The notes under the pieces were generated by a model. The model was not told the DNA's origin. It saw nothing but the letters and a program-made list of their open reading frames with translations, and did not search any database. From assembly GCF_965208475.1 (NCBI RefSeq), contig NZ_OZ242338.1, forward strand, positions 1,426,782-1,490,781: 64,000 nucleotides of DNA, given 5' to 3'. This stretch comes from Candidatus Poriferisocius sp. (GTDB lineage Bacteria; Actinomycetota; Acidimicrobiia; Acidimicrobiales; Bin134). How positions within the stretch are numbered: position 1 is the first letter of the stretch; each line of letters starts with the position of its first letter. Shown in pieces: positions 23,527 through 33,600 of the stretch. Both the position numbers and the translations under genes were made by a program.

Positions 23527-25440
23527 TCAACTTCGTCGAATCAGCCCGCCGATCTTGTTGTGGATCCGCTCCCGCCAGGCCACCCGGGCCAGGCGGGCCT
23601 GAGCCGCAGCCAGCTCTGCCCGCTGTTGCCCCAACTCCGCCTCGGCTCGGGCCAGGCGGGCTTGGGCCTGCTCCAAGTCCGCAGACATCTGGCGGGGGCC
23701 GGTGAGCTCGGCGATCAGCTCCTGCTGGCGGTGGACCAAGTGCTCCATGCGCCGGTACGGGGCCAGCGGCGACCCCAGGAGATCCATCCGGGAGCGGTTT
23801 CCGGCATCGTGCAGTTCCGCCAATCGAACTGCGGGCTGGCGGTAGACCCGGCGAATCAAATCCTCCTCGGCCTGCCGCCACTGTTCCATCAGCTCGCCTT
23901 CGATGTCCTCGCCCACCAAGCTGCCCAAGTGAGCCACCAGGCGGTCGTTGCTCCAGGTGACCGGCCAGGGCAGATGACAGCGGGCCCTCAACATGGCCGA
24001 CGCTGCTTTCCAAAGCCCTCTGACCACGGCCAGCCGAGCATCCACCCCGCCGGCGGCCACCCATTCCCGGTCCACGAACACAAGACCGTCCGCAGTCACC
24101 ACGAAGTTGTCGGGCCCCACATCCAGCCACTCGGGAGGCAGCACCCGGGCGGCATCGGCCGGCAGATAGGGGTGGGGCGCTGAAACCGAGCCAACCGGCG
24201 TCTCGTGAGCAGCCAATTCCGCCCGCCAGGCCCGCAACAGCCCGGCTATCCCGTCGCCGTCGCCTTGGCGGGCGCGCTCCAGCAGGCATTGCTCGAGATT
24301 GCGGCCTACGACATAGGGCTCCTCGCCCACCTCAACTTGCCCGAGCCACCCTTCAAAATCGCCGGCTCGATCATCGGCCGTCAGGCGGCGTCTCATGGTC
24401 AAACCCTGATTCGAGTTGACCACCGCTGCTTGCTGGCTCCAGCGCCGTCGGCGGTCAGGCGCCACCCGCCACGCCAGCACCGCCGGATCAACCCGCTCCG
24501 CCACCGCGTCGGGATGCCGGCCAGCCACAACCAGGAAGGAATTGGCCACGTCAGGCCCCAGGCCCGCCTCCAGCAGCCCTATGTGGGCGGCCCGGTCATC
24601 GGCGACCAGCACCGGGCGGGAGTACTCGCTGCTTGCGGGGTGGCCCACCAATTGGTCCACCATGTCGACCCCGCCGGGCTGGTGGTATATCTCCTCGGCC
24701 AGCACCGCGGCGGGCAGCTTGTAGTCGGGAAACGGATACAGCCATTTCTGGGCGGCCAATCCGGCGTCAGCCAGCATCTGGGCCAGCTCCCGTCGAGACC
24801 AAGTGGTCGGCTCGCCGTCGCGGTAGCCCTCCAAACCCGCCCAGGGCAGGCCCAAATGGTCTTCGGGAAATCCCAGCAGATACTTGAGTCCCAGGCGATT
24901 TTCGATGGCCAGCACCACCACCCCGCCCGGGGCCAGGGCATCCACCACCTGCTCGAGGAGCGCATAGGGCCCATCGCCTCCGCCCGGGCTGGTCCCGGCA
25001 TACTCCAGCACCCCCACCAACAGCACGACGTCGAAGGCCTCTCGACGGTCGGCCCCCAGCCCTTCGAGCGGGCCGCACAAGACCTCGACGCCTCCAAGCC
25101 CGGCGCAGCGGTGGGCGATCAGCTCCGCTCGGGCCGCGCTGGCCTCCACCGCGGTCACCGCAGCCCCCAAGTCGGCGCAGATCCGGGTGTTGACCCCCGA
25201 GCCCGCCCCGACGTCCAGCACTCGGTCATCGGGGCTGATGGCCAGCGGAGCCAAAAGGACGGCCCGCTCCGGGGCCAGGTGATAGGCGGTGGGCCAATCT
25301 CGAATCGCCGCGGCCAGCTCATCCGACCCAACTCGGCGGTCATCGACCGACCGGAACAAGGCCAGCAGCTCAGCCTCGGCCCCGTCGGCATAGGGCAGCG
25401 AGCCGCCGATCGAGGTGACCGGGCGGGGCTCAGGGCCCAC
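23527..25440 (-). CDS. SAM-dependent methyltransferase + kinase-like region + C-terminal coiled coil (WbdD-like glycan chain terminator candidate)
   Basis: 'VLDVGAGSGVNT' motif I. Central 'LDVGPDNFVVTADGLVFVDREW' is reminiscent of a kinase-fold catalytic loop. C-terminal 'LEQAQARLARAEAELGQQRAELAAAQARLARV' is coiled coil. Confidence 0.6.
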   Translation of the reverse strand: MGPEPRPVTSIGGSLPYADGAEAELLALFRSVDDRRVGSDELAAAIRDWPTAYHLAPERAVLLAPLAISPDDRVLDVGAGSGVNTRICADLGAAVTAVEASAARAELIAHRCAGLGGVEVLCGPLEGLGADRREAFDVVLLVGVLEYAGTSPGGGDGPYALLEQVVDALAPGGVVVLAIENRLGLKYLLGFPEDHLGLPWAGLEGYRDGEPTTWSRRELAQMLADAGLAAQKWLYPFPDYKLPAAVLAEEIYHQPGGVDMVDQLVGHPASSEYSRPVLVADDRAAHIGLLEAGLGPDVANSFLVVAGRHPDAVAERVDPAVLAWRVAPDRRRRWSQQAAVVNSNQGLTMRRRLTADDRAGDFEGWLGQVEVGEEPYVVGRNLEQCLLERARQGDGDGIAGLLRAWRAELAAHETPVGSVSAPHPYLPADAARVLPPEWLDVGPDNFVVTADGLVFVDREWVAAGGVDARLAVVRGLWKAASAMLRARCHLPWPVTWSNDRLVAHLGSLVGEDIEGELMEQWRQAEEDLIRRVYRQPAVRLAELHDAGNRSRMDLLGSPLAPYRRMEHLVHRQQELIAELTGPRQMSADLEQAQARLARAEAELGQQRAELAAAQARLARVAWRERIHNKIGGLIRRS

Positions 25441-25455
25441 CGGTGCACCCCAAGC

Positions 25456-26682
25456 TCAGCACCCGGCCCGCCAGTCGCCGTCCAGGTTCAACAGCCCGTT
25501 GGCCCCGGGGTCGGGCTCTCCGGAGACTTGCAGCCAGAATTCCCGGGCCCGGCGGTCGTAGAGGAAGGAGGCATCAGAATCCTGCACGGCGGCATTGACA
25601 TGAAACGCTCCCGAGCGGAACGGGATGCGGGGCAGGCGGAACTCCACCCACCCCCCTCCGTCCAGCTTTCCGGGGCGGAACCCGCCGACATGGGAGCGGG
25701 GACCGGCCAGATGGAGATTGTTGTGGTCGTAGAAGCCGAGCGAGAACACCGGGTCATCTATCGGCTCGGAGGCGAGGTAGTGGATGCGCACGATCAGCGG
25801 GTCGCCGGATGCAAAGGTCTTGGGCCGGTGACCGGCTTCGTCATAGAACTCCAGATCGGTGATGGCCAGCGGGCTTGTCCCCTCGCCGGCGGGGCGGGGC
25901 CGATGGCCCACTGAGGCCGCCGCCTCGGTGTCGATGGTATCGAGGTAGGCGTTGATCACTTCCTGCGGCTCGCCCACCGCGGCCACCAGCCCCCGGTTCA
26001 GCCACGCCATCTGATCGCAGTTGGCCCGCAGCATCCCCAGGTCGTGGCTGACCAGCACGATGGTCACCCCCTGGGCCCGCAGCGCCTCAAGATGGCTGAA
26101 GCAGCGGAGCTGGAACTCCTCGTCGCCCACGGCCACCACCTCGTCGACGATGAGGATCTCGGGATCGACGTGGACGGCCACCGCGAAGCCCAGCCGCACA
26201 TACATGCCGCTGGAGTAGATCTTCACCGGGCTGTCGATGAACTCCTCGAGGCCCGCGAACTGCACGATCCGATCCACCCGCTCGTCGATCTGGGATTTGG
26301 GCACCCCGAGCACCGAGGCGTTGAGGTAGATGTTCTCGCGCCCGCTCAGCGCGGGATGGAACCCCGCCCCCAGCTCCAATAGGGCCGATGTCCGGCCTTG
26401 GACCTCGACCCGGCCCTCGGTGGGGCGGTAGATGCCGGCCATGATCCGCAGCAGGCTGGACTTGCCCGACCCGTTGCGGCCGACCAGCCCGTACATCGAG
26501 CCCCGGGGCACCGCCAGGCTGACGTCTCGAAGGGCCCAGAACGGCTCGCTGCGCACCCGGCGGAACCGGCGGCCCGAACCGGGCCGCATACCGGTCCACG
26601 CCTCCTTCAGGCTGAGCGGCCGGTCGGTGGTCAGACGAAAGCGCTTGGACACGCCGTCTACGACCACGGCGTTCTCGCTCAT
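25456..26682 (-). CDS. wzt: Polysaccharide ABC exporter ATP-binding protein with C-terminal carbohydrate-binding-type extension
   Basis: Walker A 'GRNGSGKSS', signature 'YSSGMYVRLGFA', Walker B 'ILIVDE'. About 150 aa beta-rich C-terminal extension. ATGA overlap with wzm. The 643-aa ORF-track model is an upstream read-through. Confidence 0.85.
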   Translation of the reverse strand: MSENAVVVDGVSKRFRLTTDRPLSLKEAWTGMRPGSGRRFRRVRSEPFWALRDVSLAVPRGSMYGLVGRNGSGKSSLLRIMAGIYRPTEGRVEVQGRTSALLELGAGFHPALSGRENIYLNASVLGVPKSQIDERVDRIVQFAGLEEFIDSPVKIYSSGMYVRLGFAVAVHVDPEILIVDEVVAVGDEEFQLRCFSHLEALRAQGVTIVLVSHDLGMLRANCDQMAWLNRGLVAAVGEPQEVINAYLDTIDTEAAASVGHRPRPAGEGTSPLAITDLEFYDEAGHRPKTFASGDPLIVRIHYLASEPIDDPVFSLGFYDHNNLHLAGPRSHVGGFRPGKLDGGGWVEFRLPRIPFRSGAFHVNAAVQDSDASFLYDRRAREFWLQVSGEPDPGANGLLNLDGDWRAGC

Positions 26683-27506
26683 AGCTCCTCGGCGATGTCG
26701 CGGGTTCGGGCTTTGAACACCAGCCAGCCGGCTGTGCCCACTGCCAGCGAGATCAGGGCCATAAGCCCCAATCGAAGTACACCGGGCCAGTCCAGCCCGT
26801 ACAGCAGCTCTCGGGAAGCCTCGGTGAACTGGGACAAGGGGTTCAGCCGGATGATGTCGCGCACCGGCAGCCCCATGGCCCGCTCGGGGATGAGCGACAG
26901 CGGGTAGACGATCGGGGTCACGTAGAAGAGGAACTGCAAGGCGATGGTGGCCAGGTAGCCCACGTCGCGATAGCGCACGTTCCACACGCTCAGCACCAGT
27001 CCGATGCCCAGAGCGAACACCGCCAGCAGCACCAGCAGCACCGGCCACAGCAGGAATGTCCAGCTCACGTTGGCCAGGCAGATGAGGATCAGCATGAGGA
27101 TCGACGCCTCTATGCCCGCCTGGAACAGCACCGTCAAAAGGGCGGCGACCGCGGGCGCCTCCGGCGGGAAGTACACCTTGCCCAGAAGCGAGCCGAGATC
27201 CAGCAGCGAGCTCATCGCCCCGGTGATCACTCCGTGGAAGGCGTTCCACATGACCAGCGCGCAGAACAGGTAGAGGGCGAAGTTGTCGAAGCGCCCGTTG
27301 CCCGCCCGAGGGGGGTCGAACTTCAGCAGCACCCCGAAAACCAGGGCGTAGATGGCCAGCGTGGCCGCCGGATTGAGCATCGACCACAGCCAGCCCAGCA
27401 CCGACCGCTTGTAGCGCGCCCCCAGCTCCCGCTGCACCAGCCGACCGATCAGCTCGCGGTAGCCCCAGATCTCGAGAACACCGCCCCGGCTGGTCATCTC
27501 AGTCAT
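26679..27506 (-). CDS. wzm: ABC-2 type polysaccharide exporter permease
   Basis: 'YRELIGRLVQRELGARYKRSVLGWLWSMLNP' ABC-2 N-terminal signature and about six TM helices. Confidence 0.85.
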   Translation of the reverse strand: MTEMTSRGGVLEIWGYRELIGRLVQRELGARYKRSVLGWLWSMLNPAATLAIYALVFGVLLKFDPPRAGNGRFDNFALYLFCALVMWNAFHGVITGAMSSLLDLGSLLGKVYFPPEAPAVAALLTVLFQAGIEASILMLILICLANVSWTFLLWPVLLVLLAVFALGIGLVLSVWNVRYRDVGYLATIALQFLFYVTPIVYPLSLIPERAMGLPVRDIIRLNPLSQFTEASRELLYGLDWPGVLRLGLMALISLAVGTAGWLVFKARTRDIAEEL

Positions 27507-30500
27507 GGCCGGGCTCGGGATCGCACAGGTAGTCGTACACGCCGGCCAGGTTCTGATCCCAGCGGGCGTGGCGGGCGGCGATGTCGGCCAGGCCCTGCTC
27601 GGCCAACCGCCGGCGGCGGTCGGGGTCTCGGGCCAGGGCCACGATCTCGGCGGCCAGCCCGTCGGCGGTCTGAGGCGATTGCATGCAGTTGTGGTCGTGG
27701 CGCAGCAGCCAGTCGCCGGCCGGGTTCTCGAACGAAACCACCGCGGCGCCGCAGGCCATCAGCTCCAACGGCAGATAGGAGGGGTGCTCGGAGGTGGTGA
27801 GGGCCACTCCGATGTCGCAGGTGCGGTACAGCGGTCCGGTCTCCCGGTAGTCGAGCTGGCCCATGTGGGTGATGAGGGCGTCCATGTGCTCGGGGAAGGC
27901 CCACGACCCGGCGGTCACGATGCGCACGCCGTCGGCCAATTCGTCCTTCACCAGGCGCACGGCCCGGGCGGCCAGCTCCCAGCAGTTGCGCAGATGGCCG
28001 GGGCGGGCATAGATGAACACGGTCACCGGGCGGTCGGGGTCGGGCTCGATGCGGCCGCGGGCGTGGAAGACCGAGCCGTCCACCGCGGGCCAGAAATGGC
28101 GGGCTACCCCGTCGTAGCCATCCTGGTACATGTCGGCCAGATGCCCGGTGTTGCACAGTCCGTAGAGTCCCAATCGGTAGCTGTGCTCGGCCAAGGCATA
28201 CAGCGTGCCCGCCGGGTAGAACATGGGCTCGAAGTCCTGGATGAGATAGAAGCGGCGGACCTGGCCGGGAGTGCGGGCCGCGAAGTAGGCAGTGGTCCAC
28301 ATGGTGGCAATGGCCGCGTCGGCCGGAGGCACCTCGCCGGGATCGAAGGCGAATGAGTCGTGATAGGCGATGGGGCTGTCGGCCAGCGAGGCGAAGGCCG
28401 CGGAGATCCCCGACCGATACCACCGCTCGTCGTGGTCCACCGGGCCCGCCATCACCATGAACCGGTTCTCCACCCCGTGATGGGCGGCGAGGTGGTCGGC
28501 CAGGCGGAACACGGTGTGGATGCCGCCGTAGAACGGGTTCTGGAACTCGGGCACGAACCAGTTGACCGTTCCCACCTCCCGGCGCCGTCCAACCGCCCGG
28601 TGGCCTTGGCGTACCGCTTCGGCCAGGCCTCGGTCGGCTTTGGAGACCAGCGCCAGGGCGTGGGCCTCCCCCGCCTCGTTGCGCTGGTAGAAGACCTCCA
28701 TTTGACGCCCCAGCATCTGGGCGAGCTGCTTGAGCACCCCCGGCTCCTCCTCGCAGTGCAGCACCGGCTCGGGATGGGCCGCGCTGAGGTTCGGGGAGAA
28801 ATAGGGGTCACCGCCCATCAGCCACCGCTGGTATGGCCAATAGCTGGCGAACACGTCGCCTTCGGGCACATGCGCGCCTCGGGTGGCCGCCTCCTTGTGG
28901 GTGATAGGGGTGGCTGGGGAGACCACATTGCGGTACCCGGCCTGCCGGGCCCGCAACCCGAGCACCACATCGCTGCCGCACAGCTCCAGGCGCTCGTCGA
29001 ACCCCCCGACCTCCTCGAACACCGCCCGGCGCACCGCGAGGCAGGCCCCGGTGACCGACACTGTGTTTCGAGTCCAGTCTGTCGACCCGAGCAGGCTGTC
29101 GGAGTGCGGTGCCATGCCCTGGAACAGGTGCCCGGCCAAACCGGTCATCCCGATGACCACCCCGCCGTGCTGGATGAGACCGTCGTCGTCGATGAGCTGG
29201 AGCCCGGCCACCCCGATCTCGGGGCGTTGGGCCCAGCCAATGATGTTGTGGAGCCACTGGGGGTGACCGGGCGAGGTGTCGTCGTTCAAGAACACCAGCA
29301 CGTCGCCGGTAGCCTGGGCCGCGGCCCGGTTGTTGACCGCCGAGTAGTTGAACGGCTCGTCCCACCAGATGATCTGGGGCGACAGATCGGCAGCATGGGC
29401 CTCGTACCACCCCTCGTTCTCCTCGCTGCGCCCGCCGTTGTCCGCGATGACCAGCTCCAGCCCAAGATGGCCCGCCGATCGGATCAGGGCCAGCGCACCG
29501 GCCAGCATCTCTCGGTTGTGGCGGCTGGCGATGATGACGCTGACCTGGGCGGTGCGATCCGGCGACCACGTCAAGTGGATGCCGTTGGGCCCGGCCTCGG
29601 CTCTGGCAGGCCAGCGATGGCGGGCCAGCCAGCGGTCCACCAGTTCCCGGTGGTGGGGCTCGACTTGATCGCACCGGCGGCTCAGGGCCTGCAACACCGC
29701 CGGCAGGCGGCACACCTGTTGTTCGCCCACATCCAAACCCAGCAGCACATCCCACCACAATGCGTCGTCATCGGATCCCGCGCCCTGATGGCGAAGCGCG
29801 GTTTCCGGCCCAAGGCGCCGGGCCCGCACCGCGAATGCCCGTCCGATGTAGTTCGCGCACCCCAGAAGGTCGGGCGACCAACCCGGTTTGATGCGTGGGT
29901 CGCCAATCTTGGCCAAATCGCTGCCGGAGTAGACGCCCTCGGGCCTGCCGTCGAGGTACCAGTCCCACACATCGGCCAGATCAGAGAGGTCGTCGTCCCA
30001 GTACACCAACTCCAGCCACGGATCCCGCCACGCCGCCTGGGCCATCTGGTAGGCGGCGTCGGCCCGCAACCGGTCACCGGCCCGCAGCATCACCACCAAG
30101 TCGTCGGGATGCTCCTGAGACAGTCGGGTGAACTCATCGGCCAATCCGCCCGGTTCGGCCTTGACCACCTCCACCAACCCCCACGACTGGTTTCGCAGCG
30201 AGGCCTCAGAGGCGGCCACATCGCCCCCGTCGTCCACCACCACCCCCCAAACCCTCCGCGGGCGCGGCCACTCCTCGAACCACTGGCGCTGAACCGCCAA
30301 GATGCTGGGATCGGCCGGCAGGCGGCAGAACCAGTCTTGATAGGCGAACCCCGACGACTGGGCCGACGATTCCCGTCCCGGTTGCCGACCGGGCTCATGC
30401 CTGGCCCCTGCCCGGCGCCGCTGCCACTCGTCTCGGGTGCGGACCGCGGCACTGCGACCCTCCCGAACAACCACCATCAACCCGCTGATCAGCCTTCGGC

Positions 30501-30546
30501 GACGGGTCCCCGGAGGCAGAACTCGCTCAAGAAGGCGCCGGACCAC
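27499..30546 (-). CDS. Multidomain glycosyltransferase (GT2 domain(s) + C-terminal WsaF/GT4-like rhamnosyltransferase-type domain)
   Basis: 'VSVIIASRHNR...VFLNDDT' GT-A domain. C-terminal 'VNWFVPEFQNPFYGGIHTVFRLA' resembles the WsaF-type domain. An 8-nt overlap with wzm. Confidence 0.75.
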   Translation of the reverse strand: MVRRLLERVLPPGTRRRRLISGLMVVVREGRSAAVRTRDEWQRRRAGARHEPGRQPGRESSAQSSGFAYQDWFCRLPADPSILAVQRQWFEEWPRPRRVWGVVVDDGGDVAASEASLRNQSWGLVEVVKAEPGGLADEFTRLSQEHPDDLVVMLRAGDRLRADAAYQMAQAAWRDPWLELVYWDDDLSDLADVWDWYLDGRPEGVYSGSDLAKIGDPRIKPGWSPDLLGCANYIGRAFAVRARRLGPETALRHQGAGSDDDALWWDVLLGLDVGEQQVCRLPAVLQALSRRCDQVEPHHRELVDRWLARHRWPARAEAGPNGIHLTWSPDRTAQVSVIIASRHNREMLAGALALIRSAGHLGLELVIADNGGRSEENEGWYEAHAADLSPQIIWWDEPFNYSAVNNRAAAQATGDVLVFLNDDTSPGHPQWLHNIIGWAQRPEIGVAGLQLIDDDGLIQHGGVVIGMTGLAGHLFQGMAPHSDSLLGSTDWTRNTVSVTGACLAVRRAVFEEVGGFDERLELCGSDVVLGLRARQAGYRNVVSPATPITHKEAATRGAHVPEGDVFASYWPYQRWLMGGDPYFSPNLSAAHPEPVLHCEEEPGVLKQLAQMLGRQMEVFYQRNEAGEAHALALVSKADRGLAEAVRQGHRAVGRRREVGTVNWFVPEFQNPFYGGIHTVFRLADHLAAHHGVENRFMVMAGPVDHDERWYRSGISAAFASLADSPIAYHDSFAFDPGEVPPADAAIATMWTTAYFAARTPGQVRRFYLIQDFEPMFYPAGTLYALAEHSYRLGLYGLCNTGHLADMYQDGYDGVARHFWPAVDGSVFHARGRIEPDPDRPVTVFIYARPGHLRNCWELAARAVRLVKDELADGVRIVTAGSWAFPEHMDALITHMGQLDYRETGPLYRTCDIGVALTTSEHPSYLPLELMACGAAVVSFENPAGDWLLRHDHNCMQSPQTADGLAAEIVALARDPDRRRRLAEQGLADIAARHARWDQNLAGVYDYLCDPEPGHD

Positions 30547-30673
30547 TACGACACCCTACCCGGACACCGAGGACCGGCTTTCACCCGCCGAACCATTCCG
30601 CCTACCGCCGCTGGCCCCCGCGACCGCGCTTCACCGCGGGGGGTACTTGATGAGAGGGGGCGAAACTGGGAGC

Positions 30674-33600
30674 ATGTCAGGGCGGGCGGCCAACCGTTTT
30701 GGACGTTCTATGCCCTGGCAGCGGCCGGCGCCGATGAGGTGCCCTCGCTTATCTCTGCTACTCGCCGCCTCGTCGGCCCTGGCGATCGCGGCTTCGATGC
30801 TGATTTCAGCACCGGTTCTTGCCCAAGACAGCTCCGATCCCGAGCCGGCGCTCGTGGTCGACCCCGACGCGGAGATCACCTTCTCGGGAAGCGGTTGGGG
30901 CCACGGGGTGGGCATGAGCCAGTGGGGGACCTACTCCCGGGCCCTCGCCGGGCATCTCGTCGCCGACATCTTGAACTACTACTACGAGGGCGCCGAGCTG
31001 GTCGAGAACTACGGGCGTCCCGAGGGCGGCCCCGACCCCAGGCCAACGCCGACGCCCGCGCCAACCCCGGTCCGGGCGCCGACACCGACTTCGCCCGAAG
31101 ATCCCGCTCTCGTCTTGCTGGCCACCGCCCAATCCACCACCCTCACCCCCGGAGGCCTCAACCGCATCACCATCGACAACACCGACATACCCCACGACGG
31201 CCAGGAAACAACCCGACCCCCCGCGGGCACCCCCATCACCTTCACCCGCGCCGACGGCCGCTGGCACATCGCCTACAACGGCATCGACATCTGCCCCAAC
31301 GGCTGCGCCGGCCAAACCGCCCAACTCCACTTCGCCACCGACACCGCCGTAGCCGTATCCAACACCGGACGCTCCTACTCCCACGGGCGCATCAACCTCA
31401 CCACCACCGCCCAAGACCCAAACCGGTTCCACATCACCCTCGACTCCCTCACCATCGACAAATACCTAAACGACCCCCACAACCATCCGGCCTCACAACA
31501 AGAGGCACCCGAGACTCCCCCGCTCGTCTTGCTGGCCACCGCCCAATCCACCACCCTCACCCCCGAGGGCCTCAACCGCGTCACCATCGACAACACCGAC
31601 ATACCCCACGACGGCCAGGACGCAACCCGACCCCCCGCGGGCACCCCCATCACCTTCACCCGCGCCGACGGCCGCTGGCACATCGCCTACAACGGCATCG
31701 ACATCTGCCCCAACGGCTGCGCCGGCCAAACCGCCCAACTCCACTTCGCCACCGACACCGCCGTAGCCGTATCCAACACCGGACGCTCCTACTCCCACGG
31801 GCGCATCAACCTCACCACCACCGCCCAAGACCCAAACCGGTTCCACATCACCCTCGACTCCCTCACCATCGACAAATACCTAAACGACCCCCACAACGCC
31901 ATCTTCGGGATCCCCGAACCGGAGCTCGGACCGCCCCCCGAGCCGGTGTACCCCGAGGATGCCATTCGCATTCTGCTGGCCACCACCGCCGGCACCACGC
32001 TGACCCCCGGGGGCCCCAACCGCATCACCATCGACGGCCAGGGCGACATCCGGATACCTGCGGGAACCCCCGTCGCCGTCACCCGCCATGGCAACCACTG
32101 GCACATCGTCCACAGCGGCATCGACGTCTGCGGCGCAGGCTGCGCCGGGCAAACCGCCCAACTCCACTTCGCCACCGACACCTCGGTGGCTGTCTCCAAC
32201 ACCGGACGCTCCTACTCCCACGGGCGCATCAACTTGGTTCCCACCGGCGGGACACCCACCGAGTTCTACGTGGTCCTCGATTCGATGGCCATGGAGGACT
32301 ACCTGCGGGGCATCGCGGAGGTGCCATTGGACTGGCCGCTGATCGCCCAAGAAGTCCAAGCCATCGCCGCTCGCAGCTATGCCACCGCCACGCTCCGGGA
32401 ACGGCGGGCGTCAGCCTCGTGGACCAGGCCGTTCGACCTGTACTCCACCGTGTGGGATCAGGCATTCGTGGGCGACACCCGGGAGAAGCACGCCAGCGCC
32501 GGAACATGGCTCCAAGCGGTGACCAACACCGCGGGCCAAGTGCTGTTCTACGAGGGGGCGCCGATTCGGGCGTTCTACTCCTCCTCCAACGGCGGCCACA
32601 GCGAGCGCAGCAGCTACGTGTTCCACGCCGACCTCCCCTACCTGCCGGCCAAGCCCGACGAATTCGACACCCAAAACAGCCCCCATGCCACCTGGGAACG
32701 CGCCTATGGGGTGCGCGACTTCAACCAGTGGCTGAACGACCACCCCGACACCTCGGTGGGCCAGCTTCAGAGCATGGAGATCTCCGGCGGCGCCGGGGTG
32801 TCGGGCCGGGTGGACAAGGCCGACATACGGATCACGGGCACCACCCGCACCGTCACCGTCACCGGCAGCCGGCTTCAGAGCCGGATCAACACCGCGGCCG
32901 GAGAGCGCGGGCAGGGACAACTGCTGTCCACCAAGTTCGCATTCAGCCTCCCGGTAGACACGCTCGTCGCCGACACATCCCAGCCGGCCCCGCCAGGGGA
33001 GGCGCCGCGCGATGATGCCGTGTTCTTTTCGGGGATCATCGACGGCCCCGACTTCTGCTTGAACCGCAGCCTGGGCGGACCCACCACCTACCCCCACGAC
33101 AGCGACGGCGACGGCATAGCCGACGTCTGCTCCCTCCCCCGCACCCGCCGGGAAGCCGCCGCCCGACAGCAGACCCTGGAGAATATGGCCATGCTGCCGG
33201 GATTCAGGGAACGCTTCAGCGCCTACCTGGCCGAGGAATGCCTCTCGGTGCCCGAGACCCTCGGCGAGCCCGACAAAGAGCCGGCCGACGAATGCCAGCA
33301 GCACCGAACGCGCTCGGCCAATGCGCCGGCTGACACCGGTTCGCCCCCGCCCGTGTCCACTGCCCCGGCGCCGCCCATCAGCAACGACGGATCGCCGGGC
33401 GAAACCGGAGACGGGCTCTACTTCTCGGGGGTCATAGACGGCCCCGACTTCTGTCTGAACTACAGCCTGGGCGGACCCACCACCTACCCCCACGACAGCG
33501 ACGGCGACGGCATAGCCGACGTCTGCTCCCTCCCCCGCACTCGCAGGGAGGCCGCCGCCCGACAGCGGGCCCTAGAGCGTGTGGCGCTCGACAGTCCCGG

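Noticed and set aside
25456-27387. 643-aa ORF-track model spanning wzt and most of wzm
   Set aside because: The N-terminal roughly 235 aa are an out-of-frame read through wzm. The real ATPase starts at ATG 26682 (MSENAVVVDGVSKRF…) with an ATGA overlap to the wzm stop.
31109-32290. Regularly spaced repeats that could suggest a CRISPR-like array
   Set aside because: The period is 414 bp, the units are contiguous with no unique spacers, and they lie in frame within a protein. They are coding domain duplications.
28360-33015. 1551-aa ORF on the + strand, the longest in the window
   Set aside because: It runs antisense through the 1015-aa glycosyltransferase and then out of frame through the SpoIID-like gene. 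Its translation is Pro/Arg/His/Gly low-complexity with no motifs. This is a typical high-GC stop-codon-poor shadow frame.
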